From Thermoguttaceae bacterium (GTDB lineage: Bacteria > Planctomycetota > Planctomycetia > Pirellulales > Thermoguttaceae), in contig CAXXKC010000003.1 in NCBI GenBank assembly GCA_963674835.2, forward strand, positions 1,736,842 through 1,800,841: DNA of 64,000 bases, in the 5' to 3' direction. Within the stretch, counting starts at the first letter, position 1. Every line of letters starts with the position of its first letter. The notes below the pieces were generated by a model. That model was not told the DNA's origin. It did not search any database and saw only the letters and a list, made by a program, of their open reading frames with translations. The position numbers and the translations under genes are program-made. This document shows, piece after piece, positions 35,123 through 44,243 of this stretch.

Positions 35123-35197
35123 GGAATTGAGAATCGTCGGATTGTAGCGCCTTCGATCTACGAGCAGACACCATCGCACCCCTTGAGGAGACCCGCC

Positions 35198-36076
35198 ATG
35201 TTGGACTCGCACCGATACACCCGACGCCGGTTCTTGCACGAAGTGACGATCGCGGGCGGGGCCGCGGCGGCGGCTGGGTTGTTACCGTCACTGGCCGTTG
35301 CCGCGAAGAAGGGCGGGCCGAAGGGGCTTCGCATCGGCTCGTGCATGCTGGACTTGCCTGCGGCCAAAGAGGTGGGCCTCGATGGGATTGAAGCTCGTAC
35401 GAGCATCGTGGGGGACAACCTGGATTTGGTGGATCCAGCCGTACGAGAACGATACAAGGAACAGATGAAGGCCACGGGGCTGCCGATCGCGTCGTTGATG
35501 CTGGGGTTCTTCAACTCCTATCCACTGGCCAGCGACCCGCGCGGGCCGAAATGGATCGAGCAGGCGATCGAGGCAGGAAAGGACCTGGGGGCGCGCGTCT
35601 TGTTGGTGGCGTTCTTCGGCAAGGGCGATCTGCGGGACAGCGAGAAGCGGCTCAAGAAGTCGGACGTTGACGTCGTGGTGAAACATCTCCAATCGCTCGC
35701 ACCGAAGGCAGAACAGTGCGGTGTGATCCTGGCGGTGGAGAACTGGCTTTCGGCCGAGCAGAATATGGAGCTCCTCGACCGTGTCGGCAGCAAGGCCGTG
35801 CAGTTGTATTACGATGTTGGCAACTCCACGGTCCAGGGTTATGACGTGCCGAGCGAGATCCGGCGGCTGAAGGAGCGCATCGTCTCGATCCATTTCAAGG
35901 ACAACGGGCACTACTTGGGCGAGGGAAAGGTCCGCTTCGCACCGATCGCCGAAGCCATTGAGGACATCGGCTATCGGGGTTGGATTATTATGGAGACGGC
36001 CAATCCGTCGGGCAAACCGGTGGACGACTCGCGGCGGAACGCGGCTTATATCCGGAAGTTGTTCGGAATGAGCTGA
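35198..36076 (+). CDS. Tat-exported sugar-phosphate isomerase/epimerase (xylose-isomerase-like TIM barrel)
   Basis: ATG 35198 follows GAGGAG. Twin-arginine signal YTRRRFLHEV. Blocks VLLVAFFG, ILAVENW and IHFKDN are typical of the fold. Confidence 0.65.
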   Translation: MLDSHRYTRRRFLHEVTIAGGAAAAAGLLPSLAVAAKKGGPKGLRIGSCMLDLPAAKEVGLDGIEARTSIVGDNLDLVDPAVRERYKEQMKATGLPIASLMLGFFNSYPLASDPRGPKWIEQAIEAGKDLGARVLLVAFFGKGDLRDSEKRLKKSDVDVVVKHLQSLAPKAEQCGVILAVENWLSAEQNMELLDRVGSKAVQLYYDVGNSTVQGYDVPSEIRRLKERIVSIHFKDNGHYLGEGKVRFAPIAEAIEDIGYRGWIIMETANPSGKPVDDSRRNAAYIRKLFGMS

Positions 36077-36086
36077 CGCTGGCGGA

Positions 36087-36935
36087 TCACTTGGAGTCTG
36101 CCAGCCGAATCGCCCGCAACGTATCGAGAACCCGTGTGAAATAGAGGCGGGTTCGTTCGATATCGTGGTTTTGTTCGGCAACCTTCTTCTGCCGCAAGAG
36201 CCAATCTTTGGGTGGGATCTTGAGTTTGCCGGCCTTGTACTTGATGGCTTCGCGCCGCAGATCTTCCTGGCGTTGGGAGGCCTGGGCGTTGAATTGGACG
36301 TACATGCCCTCGATCATCTCGAAGGCCTTCTGATATCGCCCGTCGTAGACCTCGCGATCGCAGACGGCCATAATCATATCAGGATTGGGCACGAGGATAC
36401 AGCGCCGGGCAGCAACGAAGAGCTGGTGGAAGACCCGACGTTCGAGGAGCGGCTTGAGGTAGTCCTTGGTCTGTTGGCGCGAATCGTTCGCGGTATCGCG
36501 GCCAGGGGCATTGCGACCGGACTTGCCGGCAGTGCGCCGGCGAGTGCCGGCGGGCTCCGCCTGGCCGTCGGCTCCTTTTTGATTTGCGGTTTGCTTCTGG
36601 TGCCAGTCGCTGAGCGGTCGGAGCAACCGTAGCATCGTGTTGAAGCCCGACAGGACCTCGACGGTGACGGCAACGCCGCCCCAGGGGATGGCCGACTTGC
36701 GTCGCCCGGCCGGCACGATCGGCATGCATCGACGACTGGTGGCCTCGATCAACTGCATGGCTTTGCCGTAGTCGCGGGCTCGGAGGCTGACCTTGGCCTG
36801 TATGAGGGCGTCGGCGAACTGATGTTCGCCGAGAGCCTCGTAGAGGTCGTCGAGAGTCCTCTCGATATAAGGAATGGCGGCCAACGAAGGGGGTTCCGCA
36901 TCGCCTGCCGGCCGCGAACGATCCTCACCGCTCAT
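36087..36935 (-). CDS. Hypothetical protein (no recognised domain)
   Basis: ORF 36087..37019, trimmed to ATG 36935 (GGAGAGG upstream). Basic, low-complexity middle region. Two loosely similar helical segments (DYGKAMQLIEA and RYQKAFEMIEG). Confidence 0.45.
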   Translation of the reverse strand: MSGEDRSRPAGDAEPPSLAAIPYIERTLDDLYEALGEHQFADALIQAKVSLRARDYGKAMQLIEATSRRCMPIVPAGRRKSAIPWGGVAVTVEVLSGFNTMLRLLRPLSDWHQKQTANQKGADGQAEPAGTRRRTAGKSGRNAPGRDTANDSRQQTKDYLKPLLERRVFHQLFVAARRCILVPNPDMIMAVCDREVYDGRYQKAFEMIEGMYVQFNAQASQRQEDLRREAIKYKAGKLKIPPKDWLLRQKKVAEQNHDIERTRLYFTRVLDTLRAIRLADSK

Positions 36936-37388
36936 GAGAAGAGCCTCTCCTGGGAAGGATGCGTCGTTCCGACTTCGCATGACGTTGGCCCACCGGAGCG
37001 GGGCGGGGCCGCGGAGCACAGATCACGTCGCAGCGAGGAGAAGAATTGCGACCACAGCCCTGAGGCGACCAACGCTAGGTTCATGCTACCCCCGACTGCC
37101 GGCGGAGGCAAGCCCGCCCGACTGCCCCCCAACACCTGGGTCTTGGTGGCCGATGCTCTGGGTTCGTTGAAGACCGACGACGAAACGCTGGATGGCTGAG
37201 GGAGCTTGCGAAGTGAGGTCACGCGGTGGTGGTTGCCAGCCATTATTGGAAAAAATCGGCGTGGTCTGTTGACTCGGGCGATTCTGCCAGTGAGACTATC
37301 GGATATCGTGCTTTGCAGCCAATTCGGGTGGGGTTGCGCGCGAATCGACGGAGTAGACAAACGCGGTCCATCCTCAGGAGAGTGTTTC

Positions 37389-38348
37389 ATGAGTAAATGT
37401 TCCAGGCGGGACTTCTTGGTCCAGGCGGCAGCAGCGAGCGCGGTGGCTTTGCAGGCGGAGCATCTTCTAGCAGCAGACAAAGCGGCCGACGGTCCGGTCG
37501 ACATGACGATCGCGCGATGGAAGGGTTCAGAGCCGAAGGACACCAGCGATCCGGCGCTTGCGGACATTGCGAGCAAGCTGACCCAGCAGGCCATTGAAGG
37601 TCTGGGGGGCATGCAGCGGTTCGTCAAGCGGGGCGACGTCGTGTGGATCAAGGCGAATATTGGCTGGGACCGCACACCCGAACAGGCTGGCAACACCAAT
37701 CCGCAGGTTGTGGCCGCGTTGGTGAAGATGTGCCAGGACGCGGGCGCCAAGACGGTGAAGATCGGCGACAACCCGGTCCACGCCGCGGCGAAGACGTACA
37801 TCGCCAGCGGGATCACCGCGGCCGCGGAACCGCTGAACGGGCAGATGGTGTATCTGGACAAGCGCCGGTTCAAAGAGACTGCCATCAACGGCGAGCGCGT
37901 GAAGTCGCTGCTGCTTTATCCGGACATTATCGAGTGTGACCTGGTGATCAACGTTCCGATCGTCAAACACCACGTGTTGGCCAACGCAACGCTGTGCATG
38001 AAGAACTACATGGGCGTGATGGACAATCGCCAGCCGATTCACCAGGATTTTGCCACTTGCCTGGCCGATTTGACGCGGTTCATGAAGCCGCGGCTGTGCG
38101 TGCTGGATGCGGTGCGCGTCCTGAAGGACCACGGCCCCAGTGGCGGGAAGCTGGAAGACGTCGTGGTGAAGAACACGGTGGCGGCGGGGGTGGACATCGT
38201 GGCCCTGGACGCCCTGGGAGTGGAACTGCTGGGTAAGGAGCGCAGCGAGACGATGAAGGCCCGTGCCATTATCAAGTACGCGGAGGAGGTTGGGCTGGGC
38301 AAGAGCGATTATCATAGCCTAGCCCTTAAGGAAATGGCCGTGTCATGA
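37389..38348 (+). CDS. Tat-signal DUF362-family protein
   Basis: ATG 37389 follows AGGAGAG. Signal MSKCSRRDFLVQAAAASA. VWIKANIGWDRTPEQAGNTNPQVVAALVKMC resembles DUF362 as I recall it. Confidence 0.55.
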   Translation: MSKCSRRDFLVQAAAASAVALQAEHLLAADKAADGPVDMTIARWKGSEPKDTSDPALADIASKLTQQAIEGLGGMQRFVKRGDVVWIKANIGWDRTPEQAGNTNPQVVAALVKMCQDAGAKTVKIGDNPVHAAAKTYIASGITAAAEPLNGQMVYLDKRRFKETAINGERVKSLLLYPDIIECDLVINVPIVKHHVLANATLCMKNYMGVMDNRQPIHQDFATCLADLTRFMKPRLCVLDAVRVLKDHGPSGGKLEDVVVKNTVAAGVDIVALDALGVELLGKERSETMKARAIIKYAEEVGLGKSDYHSLALKEMAVS

Positions 38349-40018
38349 AAGAAGGGCGACGGGCGTTGAACGGAACCGTTTTGCGGCGAATCGTTCAAAC
38401 AGGGGCACTGCTGGCGTTTTTTGGCTTGTTCCTGTTGGCGCGCCGTCACGGCGATACCGGGCCCAGCGTTTGGCTGCAGGGATTCTTCCTGCTGGATCCG
38501 CTGATCCTGGTGTTGACGTGGTTGGCCGGGCATGCGGTGCCTGCGGCCCTGCTGCTGTCGCTGGTAACGGTGGTTGTGACGGTGCTGTTCGGCCGCGTTT
38601 TCTGCGGATGGTTCTGCCCTCTGGGGACGATTAACGCCATCGCCGGACGCGTGCTGAACTTTTGCTGGCCCAGCCGGCGGCAGCCGCAGCACTGGTCGCA
38701 GTGGCAGATGGGGAAATACTATCTGCTGGTAGCGATCCTGGTGATGGCGGCCTGCGGGGTTCATGCGGGCGCCGTGCTTGACCCGTTGGTGCTGCTGTAT
38801 CGGACGACGGTTGTGGCGTTGTTGCCCGGGATGCAGTGGGCCGTCGAGGATGGGTCGGCCGTGTTGGGGTTGAGCGAGCCGGCGAGGCAACTGCTTCGCG
38901 AGCACATCACTGAGGTCGAGCGTCAGGCGTTCCTGGGCGGTGGCTTGATCCTGGTGCTGTTTGTGGCGATCTTGGCGCTGAATCGGTACCGGCCGCGGTT
39001 CTGGTGCCGATACGTGTGCCCGCTGGGTGCTTTGCTGGGAGTGCTGTCCGTACGGCCGTTCTTGCGGCGGCACGTTGCGCAGGAGAGTTGCAACCAGTGT
39101 GACCTGTGCGGGCTGGAGTGTCACGGTGCCGCGACGGCCTCGGCGGGCGGCAATTTGGTAGCGGCCGAGTGTTTCGGCTGCTTGAACTGCACACCGGCAT
39201 GCCGGCGCGAGAGTGTGTCGTTCCGATGGATGTGGCCGTGGCAAACAGACCGCGTTCCGGTGGCGGGAAGGCGGGTCGACGGCTCGCGGCGCAGGTTCTT
39301 GCGCGGGACGGTGGGCGGCGCGCTGGGTGGAGTCGCCGGAATGTTCCTTCTGCGAAGCACTCCGCAAGCGCGGGGGGCATTTGGGCATGAGGATCTCGTT
39401 CGTCCGCCCGGGTCGCTTCCGGAGCGTGATTTCTTGAGCCGGTGCACCGCGTGTGGCATGTGTATGCGGATTTGCCCGACGGGTTGCCTACAGCCGGCGC
39501 TGGGCGAGGCGGGCCTGGAGGGTTTGTGGACGCCGCGAGTGGTGCCGCGGATCGGCCGGTGCGAGTACGACTGCACGCTGTGCGGCCACGTGTGCCCGAC
39601 GGGGGCGATCCGGCCGCTGACGGTGGAAGAGAAGCACGCGGTGAAGATCGGCATTGCGATGCTGGATCACTCGCGATGTATCCCGTATGCTTACGGGCGC
39701 GATTGCGGGACGTGCGTGGAGGCGTGCCCCTTCCCGGAGAAGGCGATCCGCCTGGTTGATGTGGAAGTGCAAGTGCACGACGGCAAGAAGCAGCGTACGA
39801 AGATCGTCAGCCAGCCGGTGGTGGATCCGGACCGGTGCACGGGCTGCGGCGGCTGTGTGAAGGAGTGTACATTCAAGGACGAGCCTGCAATTCACGTGAT
39901 CAGCGCCAACGAAACACGGGCGTTCGAGATTCGGCCGTTTCTGGATCTTCGGCAGAATCCGGCGGGCAAACCGCCCGAGGCCTCCGGAGCGGCCGAAGCC
40001 AATCCCTACGGTGGCTAG
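38345..40018 (+). CDS. Membrane polyferredoxin (NapH/MauN/NosR-like 4Fe-4S protein)
   Basis: TM helices with GRVFCGWFCPLG and RFWCRYVCPLG. C-terminal ferredoxin motifs CNQCDLCGLEC, CTACGMCMRICP, CTLCGHVCP, CGTCVEACP and CTGCGGCVKEC. A 4-nt overlap with the DUF362 gene. Confidence 0.75.
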   Translation: MKEGRRALNGTVLRRIVQTGALLAFFGLFLLARRHGDTGPSVWLQGFFLLDPLILVLTWLAGHAVPAALLLSLVTVVVTVLFGRVFCGWFCPLGTINAIAGRVLNFCWPSRRQPQHWSQWQMGKYYLLVAILVMAACGVHAGAVLDPLVLLYRTTVVALLPGMQWAVEDGSAVLGLSEPARQLLREHITEVERQAFLGGGLILVLFVAILALNRYRPRFWCRYVCPLGALLGVLSVRPFLRRHVAQESCNQCDLCGLECHGAATASAGGNLVAAECFGCLNCTPACRRESVSFRWMWPWQTDRVPVAGRRVDGSRRRFLRGTVGGALGGVAGMFLLRSTPQARGAFGHEDLVRPPGSLPERDFLSRCTACGMCMRICPTGCLQPALGEAGLEGLWTPRVVPRIGRCEYDCTLCGHVCPTGAIRPLTVEEKHAVKIGIAMLDHSRCIPYAYGRDCGTCVEACPFPEKAIRLVDVEVQVHDGKKQRTKIVSQPVVDPDRCTGCGGCVKECTFKDEPAIHVISANETRAFEIRPFLDLRQNPAGKPPEASGAAEANPYGG

Positions 40019-40110
40019 TGCGTGTCGCACTTAGCTGTAGCGTGCTTGGCGGCGTGTTTCTGCGGTTTTGACAGCGAAACATACGCTACCTATACGCCGA
40101 ACTCGCTCTA
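40018..40110 (+). repeat. 93-nt intergenic repeat, copy B (partner at 12328..12420)
   Basis: Starts on the last base of the polyferredoxin stop codon. The hairpin is retained as GTGTTTC/GAAACAT, where the change creates a G-U wobble rather than a mismatch. Confidence 0.8.
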
Positions 40111-40128
40111 AGATGGGAGGGCGTGGCA

Positions 40129-41100
40129 ATGTCAGTTGGAGAAGACAGATCGCCGCATGTTGCGCGTGCGGTGGCTTCGCGTCGGCGGTTTCTTGCGGGG
40201 GTTACGTCTGCTGCGGCGGCCGCGTGGATCGGTCTGGACGGCGATGGTCGCGCTGCGGAGCGCGAGGGTGCTAACGCGACGGTGCTGCCGGCCATTTCGT
40301 TGGGCCCCCAGCGCGTCGGCCGCTTGTTGGCGGGGTCGAACCCGATTCTTGGCTACTCGTATATGGGTTCGCACGCCGATCAGCACATGAAGGAATACTT
40401 CACGACGGAGCGGACCGTGGAGTTTCTTCAGGATTGCGAGCGGGCCGGGATCACGGCCCACCAGTTGGCCATTCCCGAGCGGTCGGCCCCCTATGTTCGC
40501 TTGCTTCGGCAGCGCGGCTGCAAGCTGCAGTTGCTTTGCCTGGATGCGGACCGCAGCAAGATAGCGAAGGCGATCGAGTCGGTCGAGCCGATGGCCATTG
40601 TACATCATGGCGGGGCCACCGATCGGCTTTTCGCCGAGGGGAAGTCGGGCGAGGTGCACGACTATGTGAAGGCGGTGCACGACCGCGGGCTGCTAGCGGG
40701 GGTTTCCGCCCACAATCCGGACTGCATCAAGCGCGCGGCGGACGAGGGTTGGGAAGTCGATTTCTTCATGACGTGTTTCTACTTCCTCACGCGCAAGATG
40801 TTCGAGAAGGGCTTTGACGTTCCCACGCTGGAAACGGGCTATCCGTTCTTCAAGGAAGACCCGAAAGTGATGACCGGAGTGATCCGGCAGGTGCAAAAGC
40901 CGTGCCTGGCATTCAAGATACTGGGCGCAGGCCGGCTGTGCGCCAACCAGGACATGGTTCGCAAAGCGTTTCAGTTCGCCTTTGAGAACATCAAGCCGAC
41001 CGACGGGGTGATTGTCGGGATGTTCCCCTGGCACTTTGATGAGATCGGTGCCAACACGGGATATACCCGGCAACTGGCTCAGGTCGCGGCGGCGAAATAG
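40129..41100 (+). CDS. Tat-signal hypothetical protein
   Basis: ATG 40129 lies 7-8 nt after GGGAGGG. Twin-arginine signal SRRRFLAGVTSAAAAAW. I recognise no family. Confidence 0.5.
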   Translation: MSVGEDRSPHVARAVASRRRFLAGVTSAAAAAWIGLDGDGRAAEREGANATVLPAISLGPQRVGRLLAGSNPILGYSYMGSHADQHMKEYFTTERTVEFLQDCERAGITAHQLAIPERSAPYVRLLRQRGCKLQLLCLDADRSKIAKAIESVEPMAIVHHGGATDRLFAEGKSGEVHDYVKAVHDRGLLAGVSAHNPDCIKRAADEGWEVDFFMTCFYFLTRKMFEKGFDVPTLETGYPFFKEDPKVMTGVIRQVQKPCLAFKILGAGRLCANQDMVRKAFQFAFENIKPTDGVIVGMFPWHFDEIGANTGYTRQLAQVAAAK

Positions 41101-41172
41101 CGGTCGGCGCGCCGGTTGCCTGCGCCAGAAGCCGGTAGCTGGTGAATGGGCCGGTCACGAACTGACGCGGTC

Positions 41173-42048
41173 TTACTCGCGGATGACGGGCTTGTCGGCA
41201 CCGGGGAAGTCTTTGGGGACCTCTTGGGTGACCTTGCCGCTGGCGGCCCATTCGACGCCACGTTGGAAGGTGGTGATGAATGCCACGCTCTTTAGTTCGT
41301 TGGCGGTGTGTCCGAGGGCGTTCTGAAAGACGCGGCCCTTGCCGTACTGGATGGTGAACAGGAGCGGCTCGTGCTCGCCGGCGCCGCCTTTGTCGGCCGG
41401 GGCGAAGGCAGTGGCCAGAACGGTCAGGTTCTTGGCCGGTCCGCGGAGCCAACCGTAGAGCTCGTCGGGAACGTGGGCAAAGACGGGCGGCAGTCCCTTC
41501 ATGATGGGATGGTCCGGGTCACGAACGACCAGTTCAAAGGGCTGCATGGGGCCGTGGCTGCCAGTCTTGCCGGGGATTTGCTGACGGACGATCTTGCCGT
41601 CCTTCCAACGAACGTAGGGGCCGTCGGCCTCGGTTCGGCCACCCCATCCGCCCAGACCGATCATCTCGTTGTACTCTTTCCACTTGGGAAACGACGCCAG
41701 AGCGAAGTGATAGATGACCAGTCCGCCACCGTCTTTGACGTACTTGACGAGGGCCTTCTGGGTCTCTTCGGGCCAGTCGGCTCCCTGGTAGTTGCTGATC
41801 ACGACGTCGTAGGCGGCAAAGTCGGGCTTGAAGCTGCTCATGTCCTGCCCTTTGGGCGGAGCCGTGGCCACGTCGACAACGAAGAGGTCGGTGTCTTCGA
41901 GGATCTTCCACAACGCCGGAGTTGTGCCTTTCCAGTTGTGGCCGTTCTGCCCGGTGACGATCAGGGCTTTGTACGGGGGCGCAGCCACGGCAACCGCCGC
42001 GGACAACAACCAGACAGCCAAAAGGACCAGGAGTTGCTTGCATCGCAT
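41173..42048 (-). CDS. ThuA-domain protein (secreted)
   Basis: Trimmed to ATG 42048 (MRCKQLLVLLAVWLLSAAVAVA). KALIVTGQNGHNW..YDVVISNY..GGGLVIYHFA..GHT are typical ThuA blocks. Confidence 0.7.
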   Translation of the reverse strand: MRCKQLLVLLAVWLLSAAVAVAAPPYKALIVTGQNGHNWKGTTPALWKILEDTDLFVVDVATAPPKGQDMSSFKPDFAAYDVVISNYQGADWPEETQKALVKYVKDGGGLVIYHFALASFPKWKEYNEMIGLGGWGGRTEADGPYVRWKDGKIVRQQIPGKTGSHGPMQPFELVVRDPDHPIMKGLPPVFAHVPDELYGWLRGPAKNLTVLATAFAPADKGGAGEHEPLLFTIQYGKGRVFQNALGHTANELKSVAFITTFQRGVEWAASGKVTQEVPKDFPGADKPVIRE

Positions 42049-42296
42049 GAGAGTTCTTCCTTTCCCACGAAGATGACGATCATGGAACGTGATGTCGTTG
42101 GTCCGGCGCCGGCTCGCGGTGAGCCGCCGCGACGGTCGCCCTATTCTAGCTGGCCGCCACGTGGGATGCACGGGCCCACGGCGATCACCCCCCCACAGCG
42201 TGTTCAAGTAGCCCGCTCTTGCCCAGGTATTGCGTTTCTGCGGTGCCGGTCAGCGGAGTCTCGTCAGGCGTTGTGGGATCGGCTGGCTGAACACGG

Positions 42297-43949
42297 TCAC
42301 GGGTTCGATTGGATACGAATCCGTTTCTCGGCGCGCGCTCCGCGGCCGGCGTCGTCCCAGACGATCAGCGTCACGCGATAATCGCCGGGCTGGGAGTAAA
42401 CGTGAGTTGCGGTGGGCTCGACGGAGGGCGGCCCGTCGCCGAAGTCCCAGAGGAGAGCCGCGATTGCGCCGCGGGCTGCGCGGGAGGTGCTCGCCAGTCG
42501 GACAGGTTTACCAACGGGGGCGGTGACGGGCACATCGAATGCAGCAGTCGGCAGGGGCGAGGCGAACGGTTTCACAGGCGGTGTTTTGTTCGAGCCGTTG
42601 TGCTCGACACGGCAGTCGGTCCATTCCAATCGCGAGTAGTCGCGCGGGCCAGCTGGGCCGGGGTGGTACTCGCCCGGTCCCACGATGCCGGCACCCTTGT
42701 TGCCAGTGATCGTCGAGCGGAGGAAGTCGAGGCGGTCGGCGCGTGGACCGAGTTGCAGGCCGTAGCGGGCGTTGTCGCAGAACCGGCACTCTTCGAACAC
42801 GATATCCTTGACGTTGAAGTGTGCACGAAGGCCACAGCCAGCGTCGGAGGGATATTGCGGCTGGCCGCGATCGAGTGAAGTTCCGGCGAACGTACAGCGG
42901 TAGAAGTAGTGGCGGGCCATGCCGTTAGCTTCACCCTGCAACTGGGCGCCCCATTGGATACAGCTCTTGATCGTGTTGTAGCCCCAGTAGACGCGGTCCT
43001 TTGCACAAGTACTGGATACGGACAAGCCGATGGCTTGGCCGTCGTCGACGAGGTTGTCGGTATAGATGCAGTCGCTGCCGATACCTTCGATGCCGTACGC
43101 TTTGAACCGGCCTGACTTATCGCTGATGACGTTGCGGCGGACGGCGCAGAAGTGGCTGCCGCCGATGCTCAGCCAATGGTCGACGACGTTGTCTTCGATC
43201 ACGGCACGGTTGCAGTCGACCCAGACCTCGATGCCGAGGCCTTCTCCGCCAGAGCTGGAGATGCGATTGTCCTGGATGGTGAGGTCGGTGGAGCCGTTGT
43301 CGCCGAAGATACCACCGCGGCCCGTGTTGCGGATGACGTTGCGGAGAATGCGATTGTTCGATGAACCCCATGCCATGCGGATGCCGCCGCCGAACGCAGC
43401 GTCCGTGCCGATGTTCTCGATCAGACAGTCGCTGATTTCGCTGTGGCGGACGCCGGCTGTCCGCGTGGGATTGATGCCAGAGAAGAGGATGCCGTGCGGG
43501 CCGTAGGACTGCCCTTTGACGAGGTTTCGGATGGTGACGTGGTGAATGTACACGTGGTGCGAGTTACCGCCGGAGATACCTTGTATGGCATTGGTGTTGC
43601 GTTGGCCGTCGAGCGTGAGATGCGCGATTTCGAGGTTCTCGCACTGGTTGATTGCAATCATCGCGCCGGGCTTGTGGCCGGTGTATCGCAGGATGGTTTT
43701 GGCCTGTCCATCACCGATCAGCCGCACACCTGAGCGGGGTCGGATCGATCCGGTGATCTCGTACTCACCGCCGGGGAGTCGCACGATATCGCCCGGCGAA
43801 GCGGCCGCAAGTGCGGCGTTGATCGACGCGGAGTCGAAGGTGCCGACGGTTGTCTCCCCCGCCACGGTGAGAGTGGCGGCCTGAAACGCCAACGCAACCG
43901 CCGCGAGCAAGGGCATCGCCACCCGGCCACCGAGGGTTCTTGGGTTCAT
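42297..43949 (-). CDS. Secreted right-handed beta-helix protein with C-terminal PKD domain
   Basis: ORF 42297..45713, trimmed to ATG 43949 (MNPRTLGGRVAMPLLAAVALA). Parallel beta-helix repeats (NLEIAHLTLDG, HHVTIRN, ISDCLIEN, ILRNVIRN). PKD block WDFGDG...HVYSQPGDYRVTL. Confidence 0.65.
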   Translation of the reverse strand: MNPRTLGGRVAMPLLAAVALAFQAATLTVAGETTVGTFDSASINAALAAASPGDIVRLPGGEYEITGSIRPRSGVRLIGDGQAKTILRYTGHKPGAMIAINQCENLEIAHLTLDGQRNTNAIQGISGGNSHHVYIHHVTIRNLVKGQSYGPHGILFSGINPTRTAGVRHSEISDCLIENIGTDAAFGGGIRMAWGSSNNRILRNVIRNTGRGGIFGDNGSTDLTIQDNRISSSGGEGLGIEVWVDCNRAVIEDNVVDHWLSIGGSHFCAVRRNVISDKSGRFKAYGIEGIGSDCIYTDNLVDDGQAIGLSVSSTCAKDRVYWGYNTIKSCIQWGAQLQGEANGMARHYFYRCTFAGTSLDRGQPQYPSDAGCGLRAHFNVKDIVFEECRFCDNARYGLQLGPRADRLDFLRSTITGNKGAGIVGPGEYHPGPAGPRDYSRLEWTDCRVEHNGSNKTPPVKPFASPLPTAAFDVPVTAPVGKPVRLASTSRAARGAIAALLWDFGDGPPSVEPTATHVYSQPGDYRVTLIVWDDAGRGARAEKRIRIQSNP

Positions 43950-44243
43950 TTGTCGCCCACTTTGCGGCTGTGTGTGGAAGAACCGACCATGATTCAATTT
44001 AGCGCGGTGGTGGCGGTGAATCAAGTGTGCTGCCGACTGTGTCGTGCAGCCTACCCTGGCCGAGCGGGGCCGTTGTGGAAAGCCGCGGGAATACGTCTGG
44101 TTGCTCGGGGTGATGGAAGCTTGCGAGCGGCACTTGTCGTATCGATAATATGTCGTACGTTGCGACGACTTGCTACAAGAGTACCGACTGCTGATCCATC
44201 CGTGATCGGCAGTCGAGACGTCTTTCTCATGCAGGAGTATCGG

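Noticed and set aside
33896-35239. 447-aa minus-strand ORF
   Set aside because: It is antisense to the GlmU-like gene, which has hexapeptide repeats. No motifs and skewed composition.
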